From Akkermansiaceae bacterium (GTDB lineage Bacteria; Verrucomicrobiota; Verrucomicrobiia; Verrucomicrobiales; Akkermansiaceae): a DNA stretch of 64,000 nucleotides. The notes under the pieces were generated by a model. It was not told the origin of the DNA. It did not search any database and saw only the letters and a program-made list of their open reading frames with translations. Of the stretch, positions 28,042 to 38,273 are shown piece by piece; within the stretch, counting starts at the first letter, position 1, and each line of letters starts with the position of its first letter. A program made the position numbers and the translations under genes. The stretch is taken from the NCBI GenBank assembly GCA_051251915.1, contig JBPOGF010000004.1, forward strand, positions 165,776 to 229,775, in the 5' to 3' direction.

Positions 28042-30246
28042 TTAGTTAGAATTTGGGTCTCGCTTAGGTTTAATAATCCTAGGCTGTTTTATGGGTTTTA
28101 CCGAGCCACGTGAATCGACCTCTGGGGTGATGGATGGCTCGGGTGTGTTAGAATCTGAATCAGGGGTTAAATTTGTGTTAGAATTTGGATTACGTTTCGG
28201 TTTGATGATTTTCACTGAGCTTGCTTCGTCACCGGTTTCGCCGTCGGCAAAAAATGATGCGATGTTAGACTCTTCTGGGATGATGGTTTCTTCAATGAGG
28301 TTCATGTGTCCTGCGTATGGCTTGGATTTCTTCAGGTTTACTTTTTTGCCTTTTTCGATTTCGAAGAGTGATTCTAAGATGAGTTTTACGAGCGGGCCTG
28401 CGACTTTACCGCCGCTCCCACCACGTTTGACTGCGACTACTACGACGTATCGTGGATCTTCGTATGGAGCGAATGCTGCGGTCCATGCGACGTGGGTGCT
28501 TACGCCTTTGTCCGTGGTTTGGGCAGTTCCTGTCTTGGCTCCGATGATGACGTCTTCTGTATCTGGCTTTGCTCTGCCGGCGGTTCCGCCTGGGGCGTTG
28601 GCTGCGAGTCTCATTCCGTAGCGGATGGTTTCTAGGTGTTCTTTGGTTAGGCCTTCTTGTAGGAGGTCTAGTTCTGAGGGTTTTTTGAAGGAATGTTCTA
28701 CTCTGAGGAGTTCGTTTTTTGATCTATGGACGATTCTTGGTCGGTAGTATTTTCCGCCGTTTGCGATGGTGGAGACGAAGGATGCGACTTGGAGTGGAGT
28801 GGCTTGTGAGTAGCCTTGGCCGATGCTCATCATTCCTGTGAATGCGTCGGTCATTGTCTCGTTAGGGTAACGTTTCTCCCATCGGCTGCTGCCGGGGACT
28901 ACGCCTGAGTTTTCACGTGGAAGGCGGATTCCGGTTTGTCTGCCTAGGCCTAGCATTTGGTAGGTTTCGACCATTTTCTTGTAGCCGATTTTGTTGGCGA
29001 TGTTCATGAAGTATGGATTACATGATCGCTGGAGGGATTCAGCTAGGGCAAGTGTTCCGTGGCCTGAGGTGAGCCAGCAACCGATGGCGATGCTGCCGTA
29101 ATGGGTGTAGCCGGTGCAGTTGCAGAGTGAGCGGTGCATTCCGTTCTTGCAGCCTGCGATGGCAGCGGGGAGTTTGAATGTGGAGCCTGGTGCAAAGTTT
29201 GAGATGGCGCGGTTCATTAGAGGCACGGCTTGGTTTTCGCGGTATACGGAGTAGCGTGCTTCAGTGATGCTGGGGATGAAGTCATTAGGGTTATAGTTTG
29301 GCACGGATGCCATGGCTAGGATTTCACCGCTGTTTGGGTCCATGACGACAGCGGCGCCTTTGCCAACACCGTATTGTTCGAGGATGGTCTCGGTGATTTG
29401 TTGGAGTCTGGCATCGAGTGTGAGGTAGATGTCTGAGCCTTTGGCTGGTGGTTGGTAGTCAACGATGCCTAGTGTTACGCCTTTGTCGTTCTTGAGAATA
29501 GTTTTGATGCCTTCACGTCCTGTGAGTTCATCGTTCATGGATTTCTCGATTCCGTCTTCTCCGTAGGGGTCACCGATGTAGTGAAGGTAGCCGTCTGGGA
29601 TGTCGCCTTTTTTCCACGGCTTGATGAAGCCTAGAACATGGGATGCTAGTGCGCCGAGTGGGTATTCGCGCGAGGGTGCAACGTCGATATAAACGCCGGG
29701 TAGTTGGAGGTTTTGTTCGGCGTATTTGGCAAATTCTTTGTAGGTGAGGTCCTTTCGGTAGACGAAGGGGACGAGGCCGCCGTGGGTGTTGTAATGGGAC
29801 TCCATTGCCTTGGCGCTGTAGTCGGCGTCGAGGTTGTATTCTGCTAGCTTTGGTCTGACGGTTTCATTGACCATGCCGGCGATGTCGATGCGCTGGATCT
29901 TTTTCTTAGAGCCATTTCTGGTGACTAGGACTGTGCGTTTGAGGGTGTTGCGAGGTTCACCATTTTCGTCTGTAGTAGCGAGGTATGCTTTGTGGATCTC
30001 GGCGAGGTTGAAGTAAACGATGTAGGACTGTTTATTCTGAGCGAGGGTGATTCCGTAGCGGTCTTTGATGTCGCCACGGGTGCCGGGCTCACGGACTTCT
30101 ACGGTTCTATTAGACGGGACTTTTTCTCGGTAGAAGTCTTTTTGTTTGATCTGGAAGTCATAGAGTCGAGTCAACAGGACTCCAGTCCCTACTAAAATGA
30201 GTAGGGTGAGGAGGTAGAGTCTGTATCTGTATCGCGGTGCTGCCAT
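28042..30246 (-). CDS. mrdA: Penicillin-binding protein 2 (class B)
   Basis: RGDIKDR, PGSTFK (SxxK), SCN, KTGTAQ. Lies in the mre operon. Confidence 0.92.
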   Translation of the reverse strand: MAAPRYRYRLYLLTLLILVGTGVLLTRLYDFQIKQKDFYREKVPSNRTVEVREPGTRGDIKDRYGITLAQNKQSYIVYFNLAEIHKAYLATTDENGEPRNTLKRTVLVTRNGSKKKIQRIDIAGMVNETVRPKLAEYNLDADYSAKAMESHYNTHGGLVPFVYRKDLTYKEFAKYAEQNLQLPGVYIDVAPSREYPLGALASHVLGFIKPWKKGDIPDGYLHYIGDPYGEDGIEKSMNDELTGREGIKTILKNDKGVTLGIVDYQPPAKGSDIYLTLDARLQQITETILEQYGVGKGAAVVMDPNSGEILAMASVPNYNPNDFIPSITEARYSVYRENQAVPLMNRAISNFAPGSTFKLPAAIAGCKNGMHRSLCNCTGYTHYGSIAIGCWLTSGHGTLALAESLQRSCNPYFMNIANKIGYKKMVETYQMLGLGRQTGIRLPRENSGVVPGSSRWEKRYPNETMTDAFTGMMSIGQGYSQATPLQVASFVSTIANGGKYYRPRIVHRSKNELLRVEHSFKKPSELDLLQEGLTKEHLETIRYGMRLAANAPGGTAGRAKPDTEDVIIGAKTGTAQTTDKGVSTHVAWTAAFAPYEDPRYVVVVAVKRGGSGGKVAGPLVKLILESLFEIEKGKKVNLKKSKPYAGHMNLIEETIIPEESNIASFFADGETGDEASSVKIIKPKRNPNSNTNLTPDSDSNTPEPSITPEVDSRGSVKPIKQPRIIKPKRDPNSN

Positions 30247-30278
30247 GTTTGGTTGTTGAGTGATCTATTGTTTGAGGG

Positions 30279-30890
30279 TTATGCTGGTTCTTCTTTTTCG
30301 GCTTTTTTGAATCGGAAATAGCGTCTTTTGAGGCCATCGTAGCGGATGGTGTGGTTGAAGAGTTTGGCTAATTTAAAGAGGATGAGGAAGACTAAAGGTG
30401 AGCAGAGCATAGTGATGGCTGCTGAGATCCAAATTTGGTAGAAGACGCGGGTGGGGAAGTAAAACTCGCCTCGGACGATGTTGATGAGGAGGTATTCTGA
30501 GAGTAGGTAGAAGAAGGTGGCGAAGCCTGTGACGATGGCGGATAGCTGCCAGACTCCTTTGCGGAATAGCGGCTGGAAGCCTTGCATGACGATGCCCATA
30601 ATGAAGTAGAGGATGATGGAGTATCCGAAGCGGATCTGGTCAGCAGGTGCGGTGTAAATAGTGGGGTCTCCGCCTTGGCTGCCGAGAGCATTTTGGGCAT
30701 CCCAGATGAAGCCACATAGGAAGGTGAGGATGAGCATGGGTGAGAAGCCTACTGTGACCACGCAGCAGAGGAAGGTGAGGGGGAGGATGTGGAGGCGGGC
30801 GTCATACATACCAGTAATCGCTGGCAGAAACTGCTGAAGAATGCAGGCCAGGAGTACGAGGATGAAGATGCTAATATGGTATCGGATCAC
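30279..30890 (-). CDS. mreD: Rod shape-determining protein MreD-like membrane protein
   Basis: Five hydrophobic segments, GFIWD motif, position between mreC and mrdA. Confidence 0.75.
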   Translation of the reverse strand: MIRYHISIFILVLLACILQQFLPAITGMYDARLHILPLTFLCCVVTVGFSPMLILTFLCGFIWDAQNALGSQGGDPTIYTAPADQIRFGYSIILYFIMGIVMQGFQPLFRKGVWQLSAIVTGFATFFYLLSEYLLINIVRGEFYFPTRVFYQIWISAAITMLCSPLVFLILFKLAKLFNHTIRYDGLKRRYFRFKKAEKEEPA

Positions 30891-31684
30891 TTTTTGAGAA
30901 CAAAGACGGTTTCTAAGTCCGCGAAGTTCACTGCTGGTTTCACCTGTGCTTCAGTATAGAGAGGGCCTCGGATAACATCGACGATGGTACCTAGGGCTAT
31001 GCCTTTTTCGAACAGTTGGCCTTTACCTGTGGTAATGACTTTTTGTCCTTTTTTGACATTAGAATCTCTGGACAGATAACGTAAGCGCAGCATGGGGTTG
31101 TCTCCATTCTGGGCTCTCTGTCCGCTGAGGATGCCAAACTCATGAGTGCCAACTACCTGTGCAGATACTTGGCATGCTTCATCAGTTAGCAAAATCACAG
31201 TTGAGGTCTCGTCATCAGGTCGGTCTACCTTGCCAACGAGTCCTTCAGCAGCGATCACGGCGAGCATGGGGCTCACTCCGTGATGTTCCCCTCGATCGAT
31301 ATGGGCGGTTTCCCACCAGTTCGAGGGTTTGCGGCGTATGACTTTTGCAGCGATTACGCTGAAAGGGGTGCGTTTTTTGAAATCTAGGGCGGCTCGGAGC
31401 TGGACGTTTTCTTTTTCCAGGGTGCGGAGGTGCTTGATTTCGGTACTCAGTTTTACTAGCTCGGTCTCGGCTAGTTTGAGTTTATTTGAGAGGGTTTGTG
31501 AGTGTTCTAGCTCTTCATCGAATGCGCGGATCTTCGTTTCCATGGTGGAACCGCTGGCGACGAATGGGCTGATGATGGTGAAGTAGCCTTTCTGAATCTG
31601 GCGCACACTGCTCTCGCTCCTAGTCAGCGCCCATGCGGAGGCTGCGAGGAAGAGTAAAAGAGTGACGAGATTTAGCGGCTTCAT
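30887..31684 (-). CDS. mreC: Rod shape-determining protein MreC
   Basis: Coiled coil LEKENVQLRAAL, IDRG..GV, GLVGKV, VITTG. Confidence 0.92.
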   Translation of the reverse strand: MKPLNLVTLLLFLAASAWALTRSESSVRQIQKGYFTIISPFVASGSTMETKIRAFDEELEHSQTLSNKLKLAETELVKLSTEIKHLRTLEKENVQLRAALDFKKRTPFSVIAAKVIRRKPSNWWETAHIDRGEHHGVSPMLAVIAAEGLVGKVDRPDDETSTVILLTDEACQVSAQVVGTHEFGILSGQRAQNGDNPMLRLRYLSRDSNVKKGQKVITTGKGQLFEKGIALGTIVDVIRGPLYTEAQVKPAVNFADLETVFVLKK

Positions 31685-31744
31685 GTGCTAGGATCGATAA
31701 ACGGAAAACTTAGGGGTAAGTTTTACAAGAGTTTATGGAATGGA

Positions 31745-32770
31745 TTACTCCATGTTGGTAACACGACGGAGGAAGTTGATTTCCTGTAGTGCTTTGCCTG
31801 TTCCTTCTGCTACGGCGCTGAGTGGATCATCTGCTACGTGGCATGGGAGGCCTGTTTCGAGTTTGAGGCGTTTGTCTAGGCCCTTGAGGAGGGCACCACC
31901 ACCGGCGAGTGTGAGTCCGCGGTCTACTAGGTCAGCTGCAAGCTCAGGCGGGCATCGCTCAAGGGTGGTGCGGACGGCATCGATGATGGATGAGAGTGGA
32001 TCTGCGATGGCTTCGCGGATTTCCTCTGATGAGATTTTCATGGTTTTAGGGAGTCCAGCGACGAGGTCGCGGCCTTTGACGTCCATGGTGAGTTCCTTAG
32101 GTAGCTCGATGGCTGAGCCTAGGCGGATCTTGATTTCCTCTGCAGTGCGCTCACCGATCATGAGGTTGTATGCGCGCTTCATGTAGGAGATGATGGCTTC
32201 GTCTAGCTCATCACCTGCGGTGCGGACTGAGCGACTGTAGACGATGCCGGCTAGGGAAATGAGGGCAACTTCGGTAGTTCCGCCGCCGATGTCGACGATC
32301 ATGCAACCTGATGCTTCTTGGACGGGGAGGCCTACGCCGATGGCTGCTGCCATGGGTTCTTCGATGAGGAATACTTCGCGAGCGCCTGCTTGCTCTGCGC
32401 TCTCACGGACTGCGCGTCTTTCTACTTCTGTGATACCAGAAGGGATGGCGATGACTACGCGTGGGTTTGAGCGTTTGTTGCTGTTGGCTTTCTTTATGAA
32501 GTGCCTAAGCATGGCTTCTGTGACTTCGAAGTCTGCGATGACTCCGTCTTTGAGGGGGCGGATGGCAACGATGTCACCTGGGGTTCTGCCGAGCATTCGC
32601 TTGGCATCATCGCCCACTGCGAGGACAATGTTGGTGCCAGCTTTGACTGCTACTACAGATGGTTCGCGGAGGACAATGCCTTGGTCCTTAACGATTACCA
32701 GGGTGTTGGCGGTTCCGAGGTCGATACCGATGTCGTTGGCAAACCAACGTCCGAAAAATTTTGAGAACAT
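31745..32770 (-). CDS. mreB: Rod shape-determining protein MreB
   Basis: [32 protein letters not shown]. Start ATG 32770 gives an amphipathic N-terminus. Confidence 0.97.
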   Translation of the reverse strand: MFSKFFGRWFANDIGIDLGTANTLVIVKDQGIVLREPSVVAVKAGTNIVLAVGDDAKRMLGRTPGDIVAIRPLKDGVIADFEVTEAMLRHFIKKANSNKRSNPRVVIAIPSGITEVERRAVRESAEQAGAREVFLIEEPMAAAIGVGLPVQEASGCMIVDIGGGTTEVALISLAGIVYSRSVRTAGDELDEAIISYMKRAYNLMIGERTAEEIKIRLGSAIELPKELTMDVKGRDLVAGLPKTMKISSEEIREAIADPLSSIIDAVRTTLERCPPELAADLVDRGLTLAGGGALLKGLDKRLKLETGLPCHVADDPLSAVAEGTGKALQEINFLRRVTNME

Positions 32771-33019
32771 GAATGGGTGATGTGATGGAAATTGATTAAA
32801 AGTCTGAGCTGTCTGGCTCATTTTTGATACGTGACGAAAAAAGCGGTTGTTTCAGTGCATTGCTTTAATATAGCTAACACGCGTGTGAGCGAGACTATTC
32901 ACGTGTGAAGCGGAAAGGTCAAGCCGGATTTGCTCCATTGTAACAAATGAAATGATTGTGTAAATTACTGGTTGATGGCGCTTGCCAGTGGTGGGGAGTT
33001 ATGGTGAATTGTTGTTGCG

Positions 33020-34075
33020 ATGGCATACACGGAAGATAAGGCGTTTGAATTGATAGAATCTGCTTATGAGCGGGGTCGGCTGGGGCATGCGTTTATTATT
33101 TCTGGAACGAAACATGCTGGTGTGGAGTCGCTTACTACGAGGGTGATCAATCTTATTAACCGTGACGAAGAAAAAGAGGAAGAGGGGGGCGGGGCTGATA
33201 TGTTTGACCTTTTTGGTGAGGTGGCGGGGGTGGATAAGGCTCCGGAGCCTGAGGCTGAGAATTTACAAGAATTAGAGGGTGAGTTAGTGAGGATAGTGCG
33301 GCCGCAGATGAAATCTAGGATTATTCCTGTGGATGCGATGCGTGAGTTGGAGAAATCCATGTTTAAGACTGCTCGTAAGGGGAAGTATAAGGTGGGGGTG
33401 ATCGTGGATGCAGATAGGATGCGGACGGAGGCGGCGAATGCTTTCTTGAAGACCTTGGAGGAGCCTCCGAATGGGTCGATATTATTTTTGCTGACGGCGA
33501 GTCCTGAGCGGTTGCTGAGTACGATTCTTTCTCGGTGCGTGAATATTCCGTTGATAGCGGAGAATGATGTGAGGGAGGAGCTTGAGGGGGAACAGGAAAT
33601 GCTGACTACGCTGTTGAGGAATGCTAAGGCTGGGTTTAATTCGGTTTCACGGGCGCTGACGATTAAGTCTGTTTTTGCGACTATTTTAAATAAGCGGAAA
33701 CTTGCGATAGGGAAGGTGTATGAGGCGTCTCTGAAGGAGGAGCAGGAGCACTACAAGAATACGACGGATGGGGAATGGCTTAAGGATAGGGAGAAGCATT
33801 ATGAGTCTCTTATTCAGAGTGATTACCTTTTTGAGCGGTCTAAGTTTATCGATCTGCTTATTCTTTGGTTGGGTGATTTGGTAAGGATAAAGTCTGGTGC
33901 ACCTAGGTTGGATTTCCATCAGTATGAAGTGGGGATGGCTGAGGCTGCTTCTAAGGAGAGTCTTGAGTCGTTGATACAGAGGATGGATGCGATGGAGGAG
34001 TTGCGTGGGTTGTTTGAGACGAATGTTAGTGAGGCTTTGGCTCTTGAGGTGTGTTTCATGAAGGCGTTTGCTTAG
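33020..34075 (+). CDS. holB: DNA polymerase III subunit delta'
   Basis: GRLGHAF, AANAFLKTLEEPP, LLSTILSRC. Confidence 0.9.
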   Translation: MAYTEDKAFELIESAYERGRLGHAFIISGTKHAGVESLTTRVINLINRDEEKEEEGGGADMFDLFGEVAGVDKAPEPEAENLQELEGELVRIVRPQMKSRIIPVDAMRELEKSMFKTARKGKYKVGVIVDADRMRTEAANAFLKTLEEPPNGSILFLLTASPERLLSTILSRCVNIPLIAENDVREELEGEQEMLTTLLRNAKAGFNSVSRALTIKSVFATILNKRKLAIGKVYEASLKEEQEHYKNTTDGEWLKDREKHYESLIQSDYLFERSKFIDLLILWLGDLVRIKSGAPRLDFHQYEVGMAEAASKESLESLIQRMDAMEELRGLFETNVSEALALEVCFMKAFA

Positions 34076-34155
34076 TGGGAAAATTATTTGCACAAATGAG
34101 TAAAATAAATGTTGCAAACTTCTAAAAATCGGCTACTTTGCCGCCCGAAGATAAA

Positions 34156-34237
34156 GCCGAGATGGCGGAATTGGTAGACGCGCCTGATTTAGGTTCAGGT
34201 GTCTTAGGACGTGCAGGTTCGATTCCTGTTCTCGGTA
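34156..34237 (+). tRNA. tRNA-Leu(TAG), CCA not encoded
   Basis: Acceptor gccgaga/tctcggt, anticodon arm cctga-ttTAGgt-tcagg, long variable arm, GGTTCGATTCC. Confidence 0.96.
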
Positions 34238-34257
34238 TTTTTATCTTCTGTAAAACT

Positions 34258-34284
34258 AGCCCTTCATTGCGAAGGGCTTTTTTG
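34258..34284. terminator. Intrinsic terminator after tRNA-Leu
   Basis: agcccttc-attgc-gaagggct followed by a T run. Confidence 0.8.
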
Positions 34285-34384
34285 TGTCTGCAATGCTACT
34301 TTATTGACGGTTACAAGTTCTCTTCTGGGATGCTTGGAATGATGCGTCATTGTTAGACTGTCGAGTCATCGAATGCATGGGTAA

Positions 34385-35209
34385 TCAATTTGCGATGGGG
34401 TTGCTGGTCTGGCCAGATATGTATTGCTCATCGAGTGTACTGATGGTGCTGTCTGCTTCACCGTAAAACCAGACAGACTGAATAGTTCTGGAGGCGAGAT
34501 CAACGTCTAGTGCTATTTCTTCTGGCTTAGCTTGGAGCTTAGCATTGTCTCTGGCGAGTTCTACTTCTGCTTCGATGCGGACGAGGTCGGCGTCTATTTC
34601 AGCAAGTGTTTCTTTACGTTTTGCGAAATGTTTGAGTCTTTTTTCTAGGATATCGAGCGTGGCTTCTTTTGATTTCCTAACAGAACTGGATGCTTGGTTG
34701 TTGGTGAGGTCTTGTTGTAATTCGGTAATTTTGTTTTGTAAGACTTGTGCATTTTGTTCACCTTCTTGGCCAGTCATTGCGGCTTTGGCGAAGAGGAGTT
34801 TCAAGTATACCCAAGTGAGTGAATTTAGGCTTTTTAGATTAGGCTCACTGATGTAGTCTGGTGTGCCGAATTGGGCATATGATTTCTCAGTGTTTGCTAA
34901 ACGTGATTCTAGTTTGAGGAATCTTTCATAGCTTGTTGGGTCGAGCTTATCAAGTAGTTCATTACGTTTATTACTAGCTTCTTGTTCCTTTTCCAACACA
35001 TCTGGGATATCTGCTAGCCTACGGAATCTGTGGCTGGAGCTAAGTCCGAAAACGAGAGCTGATTCAAAGCCGATGCCAATGAGCCAGAATGCGGGGTGGA
35101 CAAAACCGAGTGTGGCGAAAATGGGGATCACGATAGCATTGATCGGAATGTCGCCGAGTAGAGGAACTCGTTGGCGAACGCCGAATGCGGCTTTGATGTA
35201 TTTCCACAT
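34385..35209 (-). CDS. Membrane protein with two TM segments and a cytoplasmic coiled coil (XpaC-like architecture), unknown function
   Basis: Two N-terminal hydrophobic segments, then long heptad-rich helices. Confidence 0.8.
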   Translation of the reverse strand: MWKYIKAAFGVRQRVPLLGDIPINAIVIPIFATLGFVHPAFWLIGIGFESALVFGLSSSHRFRRLADIPDVLEKEQEASNKRNELLDKLDPTSYERFLKLESRLANTEKSYAQFGTPDYISEPNLKSLNSLTWVYLKLLFAKAAMTGQEGEQNAQVLQNKITELQQDLTNNQASSSVRKSKEATLDILEKRLKHFAKRKETLAEIDADLVRIEAEVELARDNAKLQAKPEEIALDVDLASRTIQSVWFYGEADSTISTLDEQYISGQTSNPIAN

Positions 35210-35239
35210 GAAATTAGTTGGAGATATAGAGGTGTTTTA

Positions 35240-36436
35240 CTATTGTTGTTTTCTACGATCCCAACCAGTAAAAAGATTAGTGATGACATCACCAGATGGG
35301 GGTTCGCACACTTGATTGATCTCTATTTCTATTCCATTCTTAGCGTATTTCATGAATGGGCTGTCAGCGGCTTTAATTGGGACATTTAGGTTATCTGGGC
35401 GGAACCCTTGATTGACTGCTTCACGCTGCATTTCTTCTGTCTTGAGGAATTCATAAAATACCTGGGCTGCTTTACGCTGATCATTACTGGACCACTCCGC
35501 ATCGATGATATAGTATGGGTTTTCATTCCAGATGTTTTTCTTGGGGTAAATGACGACAAATTCACCGCTGCGGCCTTTGGCGTTTTCGCAGTAACTCATT
35601 GCTAGGTTTTCATAGACGAGTATGACGTCATAAACGGAGGCGCCTTTGCTGACCATCTCTCGCATGAGGTTGCCAGTGCTGTTCATCTTTGTGTTTGCTC
35701 CTGTTTCAAGTTCGTAAAACCATTTTCTAAAATTACTATCTACGATGTCACTAGCTGTGAGATCTTTGTATTTATTATGGTAATCATAGGCGCTGAGGAC
35801 AAGGGCTAGTAGGCCGCTGTTGGATTGTTTCGGGTTAGTGTGGCCAAATTTAAAGTAGCCCCAGTCGGACTTTTCTGGAAGCCCTGCCCACCCTTCTTTG
35901 GCCACCATAGCTTGGCGAATGGTGTTAAAGTTTAGTTCTCCATATTCTCCAACGAAAGCATCATAACGCTTCTTCCACATGACGAATACCATTGGGGTAA
36001 GAACTAGTTTGTTGTCGTCTTTATTGATGATAGGTTGCCGGCTGTATTTTAGCAGATAGTCTTGCTCAAACCGGTCTTTATAGGCAGCAGATGCGGGTGA
36101 CCAGACGTGGATGTTTTTATCTCCTGAAAGTACTGCATCAGCACCTTCGATGGAGCCCATGGGGATGAGGTTAACTTGGATTTTCTTTCCTTCGGTGGTG
36201 TTTTTAAATTCCTCTACAGCCCACTTGAGCCAGCGTTGTTTCTCAGTGCCATAAGCTATGCCAATGGTGGTTTGGATACTGGTATTCTCACTGTTGGCTG
36301 TATTTGAGGATGGGCTAGCTGTAGAGTTGTTAGAGCCATCTCTGAGGAGCATGAAGGCACCTGCTCCTATGCAGGCAATGATGAAAAGAAAGACGACGAT
36401 TTTGCCGAGTGGGGTGAGTCCTGGTTGTTGTGACAT
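35240..36436 (-). CDS. Membrane-anchored substrate-binding-fold protein
   Basis: N-terminal TM. Paralogous to the next gene (YGTEK, PMGS, SPAS, GHTNP..SNSG, YEN, GFRP). Confidence 0.82.
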   Translation of the reverse strand: MSQQPGLTPLGKIVVFLFIIACIGAGAFMLLRDGSNNSTASPSSNTANSENTSIQTTIGIAYGTEKQRWLKWAVEEFKNTTEGKKIQVNLIPMGSIEGADAVLSGDKNIHVWSPASAAYKDRFEQDYLLKYSRQPIINKDDNKLVLTPMVFVMWKKRYDAFVGEYGELNFNTIRQAMVAKEGWAGLPEKSDWGYFKFGHTNPKQSNSGLLALVLSAYDYHNKYKDLTASDIVDSNFRKWFYELETGANTKMNSTGNLMREMVSKGASVYDVILVYENLAMSYCENAKGRSGEFVVIYPKKNIWNENPYYIIDAEWSSNDQRKAAQVFYEFLKTEEMQREAVNQGFRPDNLNVPIKAADSPFMKYAKNGIEIEINQVCEPPSGDVITNLFTGWDRRKQQ

Positions 36437-36455
36437 GGGTAGGTGGGGTGTGAGA

Positions 36456-38135
36456 TTAAAAGAAAGTTGAAATTTCTAGGAAGATACTTTGGATGTTTTT
36501 TGTATTGCCCTTGTAGGCTTTAGCTTTAGTGGACTCGGAGATGTTTTTCAGGATTTCCATGTCTGCGCCAGTGCCGTAGCCAATACTGAATACACGGGTA
36601 TTCTTGCCTTCGTTATTAGAAGTGATCTGAGGGATAAGGTTAGCTAAGGGTTGATGACTGGAGGTGTCCTGACCATCGGAGAGTATGACTACTGCTGTAA
36701 TTCTCTTGTTGTCAGGATTGCTTTGAAAGTAGTCGAATCCTGAACTGATGGCGTCATACATGGCTGTTCCTCCCTGGGCGTAGAGGGTATCGATCTCATT
36801 GAGTAGTTGTTGACGGCTTGCGCCAACGTTTTCTTTTTTACAGATCCAGACTGGCTTGTCAGAAAATGCGATTAACGAGAACGAATCATTATCAGAGAGT
36901 GTTTGGATGAGTTTTTTTGCACCCGTCTTAGCATTGAAGAGCTTATCGCCTTTCATGCTTCCAGAGACATCCATGACGAGACATATGTGTGCCTGTTTTT
37001 TGCGATCTAGCCATAATTGGCGAATCTCTGAAATGACAGGCACAGGAGGAACTTCTAAGGTGGTTTGGGGTTGTTCAGCATCTACTCCATTGCTAGGATT
37101 AAAGGCATCACTGAGAGGAATCATGACGTCTGCTGGGCGGAACCCATAGTTCATCACTAGCTTTTGTTGAGGTTCAGAGAGGAGGAAGTCGAGATAAACT
37201 TGGGCTGCTTCTTGGTGGAGTTCATCGACCCATTCGCGGTTCACGATTCCAGCGGGGTGGTCTGACCAGAATGTTCCTTCCTTAGGATAAATAGCAACTA
37301 CGGGAAATGGTAAGTCGTTGCGTTGTCGGGACTCGATTACCATGTTTTCATATAGCACTGCTGCAGAGAGATACTCGGGACCGGATTCAAACATTTTGCG
37401 TCCAAAGAAGCCAGTTGATTTGCCGTAGTGGACGACTGCTTGCTCGATTTCTTCAAGGTAGTTACCGACTTTGGGGTCCTTAACGTCTTCGACGGTGAGT
37501 CCACGTTGTTTGTCTGCACCAGCATAGACTTCTGCGATGAGTGAAATAAGCCCGCTGTTAGAGAAGTCTGGATGAGTGTGACCAAAGCGGAATTTTCCCC
37601 ATTGTGGTTTTCCATATGCTGCCCAGCCGTCTGGGTTTTGTGCTATGTCATGAATTTCTTTCCAGCCGATCGAACGTTCGCTGTGGCCGAGTGCTTTTGC
37701 CATTGGTTCCCACATTGCGATGACTACTGGAGAGAGGCAGAGGTTGTTGGTTTTTTTGACGAGATCGGAATTTGTTTTCGTCTGGGACTCTGCATTACCT
37801 AGTTTGATGAATGCTTCTGATGCGGGAGATACGATGTGCGTCTGACGAGTTCCTTCTTGCACCTCTCTGATGCACTCTCCTGAACCCATTGGGATCTGAT
37901 GTATTATGATGGTGCGACCGTCAGATGCTTTGTGGTTTTGGCTGTTAAACGTTTTAGTTGCCGCATCGATCCATTTTTCCTTTTCTGATCCGTAGGTGAA
38001 GGTGACTACTAGTTGGTCCTTTGAGTCTTTGGGCGTGGTAGGAGTTGATTCAGAGGATATATTTTTCTTGTTACACTGACTAAGAAGAACGGCGCTAGTT
38101 GCTATTAGGCCACAAAAGAAAAGCTTTTTGAACAT
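36456..38135 (-). CDS. Lipoprotein: substrate-binding domain fused to a von Willebrand factor A domain
   Basis: LLSQC lipobox, SBP motifs, MIDAS DVSGSM, GGTAMYDA, ILSDGQD. Confidence 0.88.
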   Translation of the reverse strand: MFKKLFFCGLIATSAVLLSQCNKKNISSESTPTTPKDSKDQLVVTFTYGSEKEKWIDAATKTFNSQNHKASDGRTIIIHQIPMGSGECIREVQEGTRQTHIVSPASEAFIKLGNAESQTKTNSDLVKKTNNLCLSPVVIAMWEPMAKALGHSERSIGWKEIHDIAQNPDGWAAYGKPQWGKFRFGHTHPDFSNSGLISLIAEVYAGADKQRGLTVEDVKDPKVGNYLEEIEQAVVHYGKSTGFFGRKMFESGPEYLSAAVLYENMVIESRQRNDLPFPVVAIYPKEGTFWSDHPAGIVNREWVDELHQEAAQVYLDFLLSEPQQKLVMNYGFRPADVMIPLSDAFNPSNGVDAEQPQTTLEVPPVPVISEIRQLWLDRKKQAHICLVMDVSGSMKGDKLFNAKTGAKKLIQTLSDNDSFSLIAFSDKPVWICKKENVGASRQQLLNEIDTLYAQGGTAMYDAISSGFDYFQSNPDNKRITAVVILSDGQDTSSHQPLANLIPQITSNNEGKNTRVFSIGYGTGADMEILKNISESTKAKAYKGNTKNIQSIFLEISTFF

Positions 38136-38273
38136 AAACAAATTGTGAAGGGGGGATTAGACATTGCAATTATGAAGTGTCTAATGCGGGGTGACAGTTT
38201 CGTCACATTACCTTATCTGAATTGATTCATTATATGTTTTGTTGTGTGTGTGGGGTGATGCTCGTCACTTGTC

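Noticed and set aside
34138..34356. 72-aa ORF
   Set aside because: Overlaps tRNA-Leu(TAG) and its terminator.
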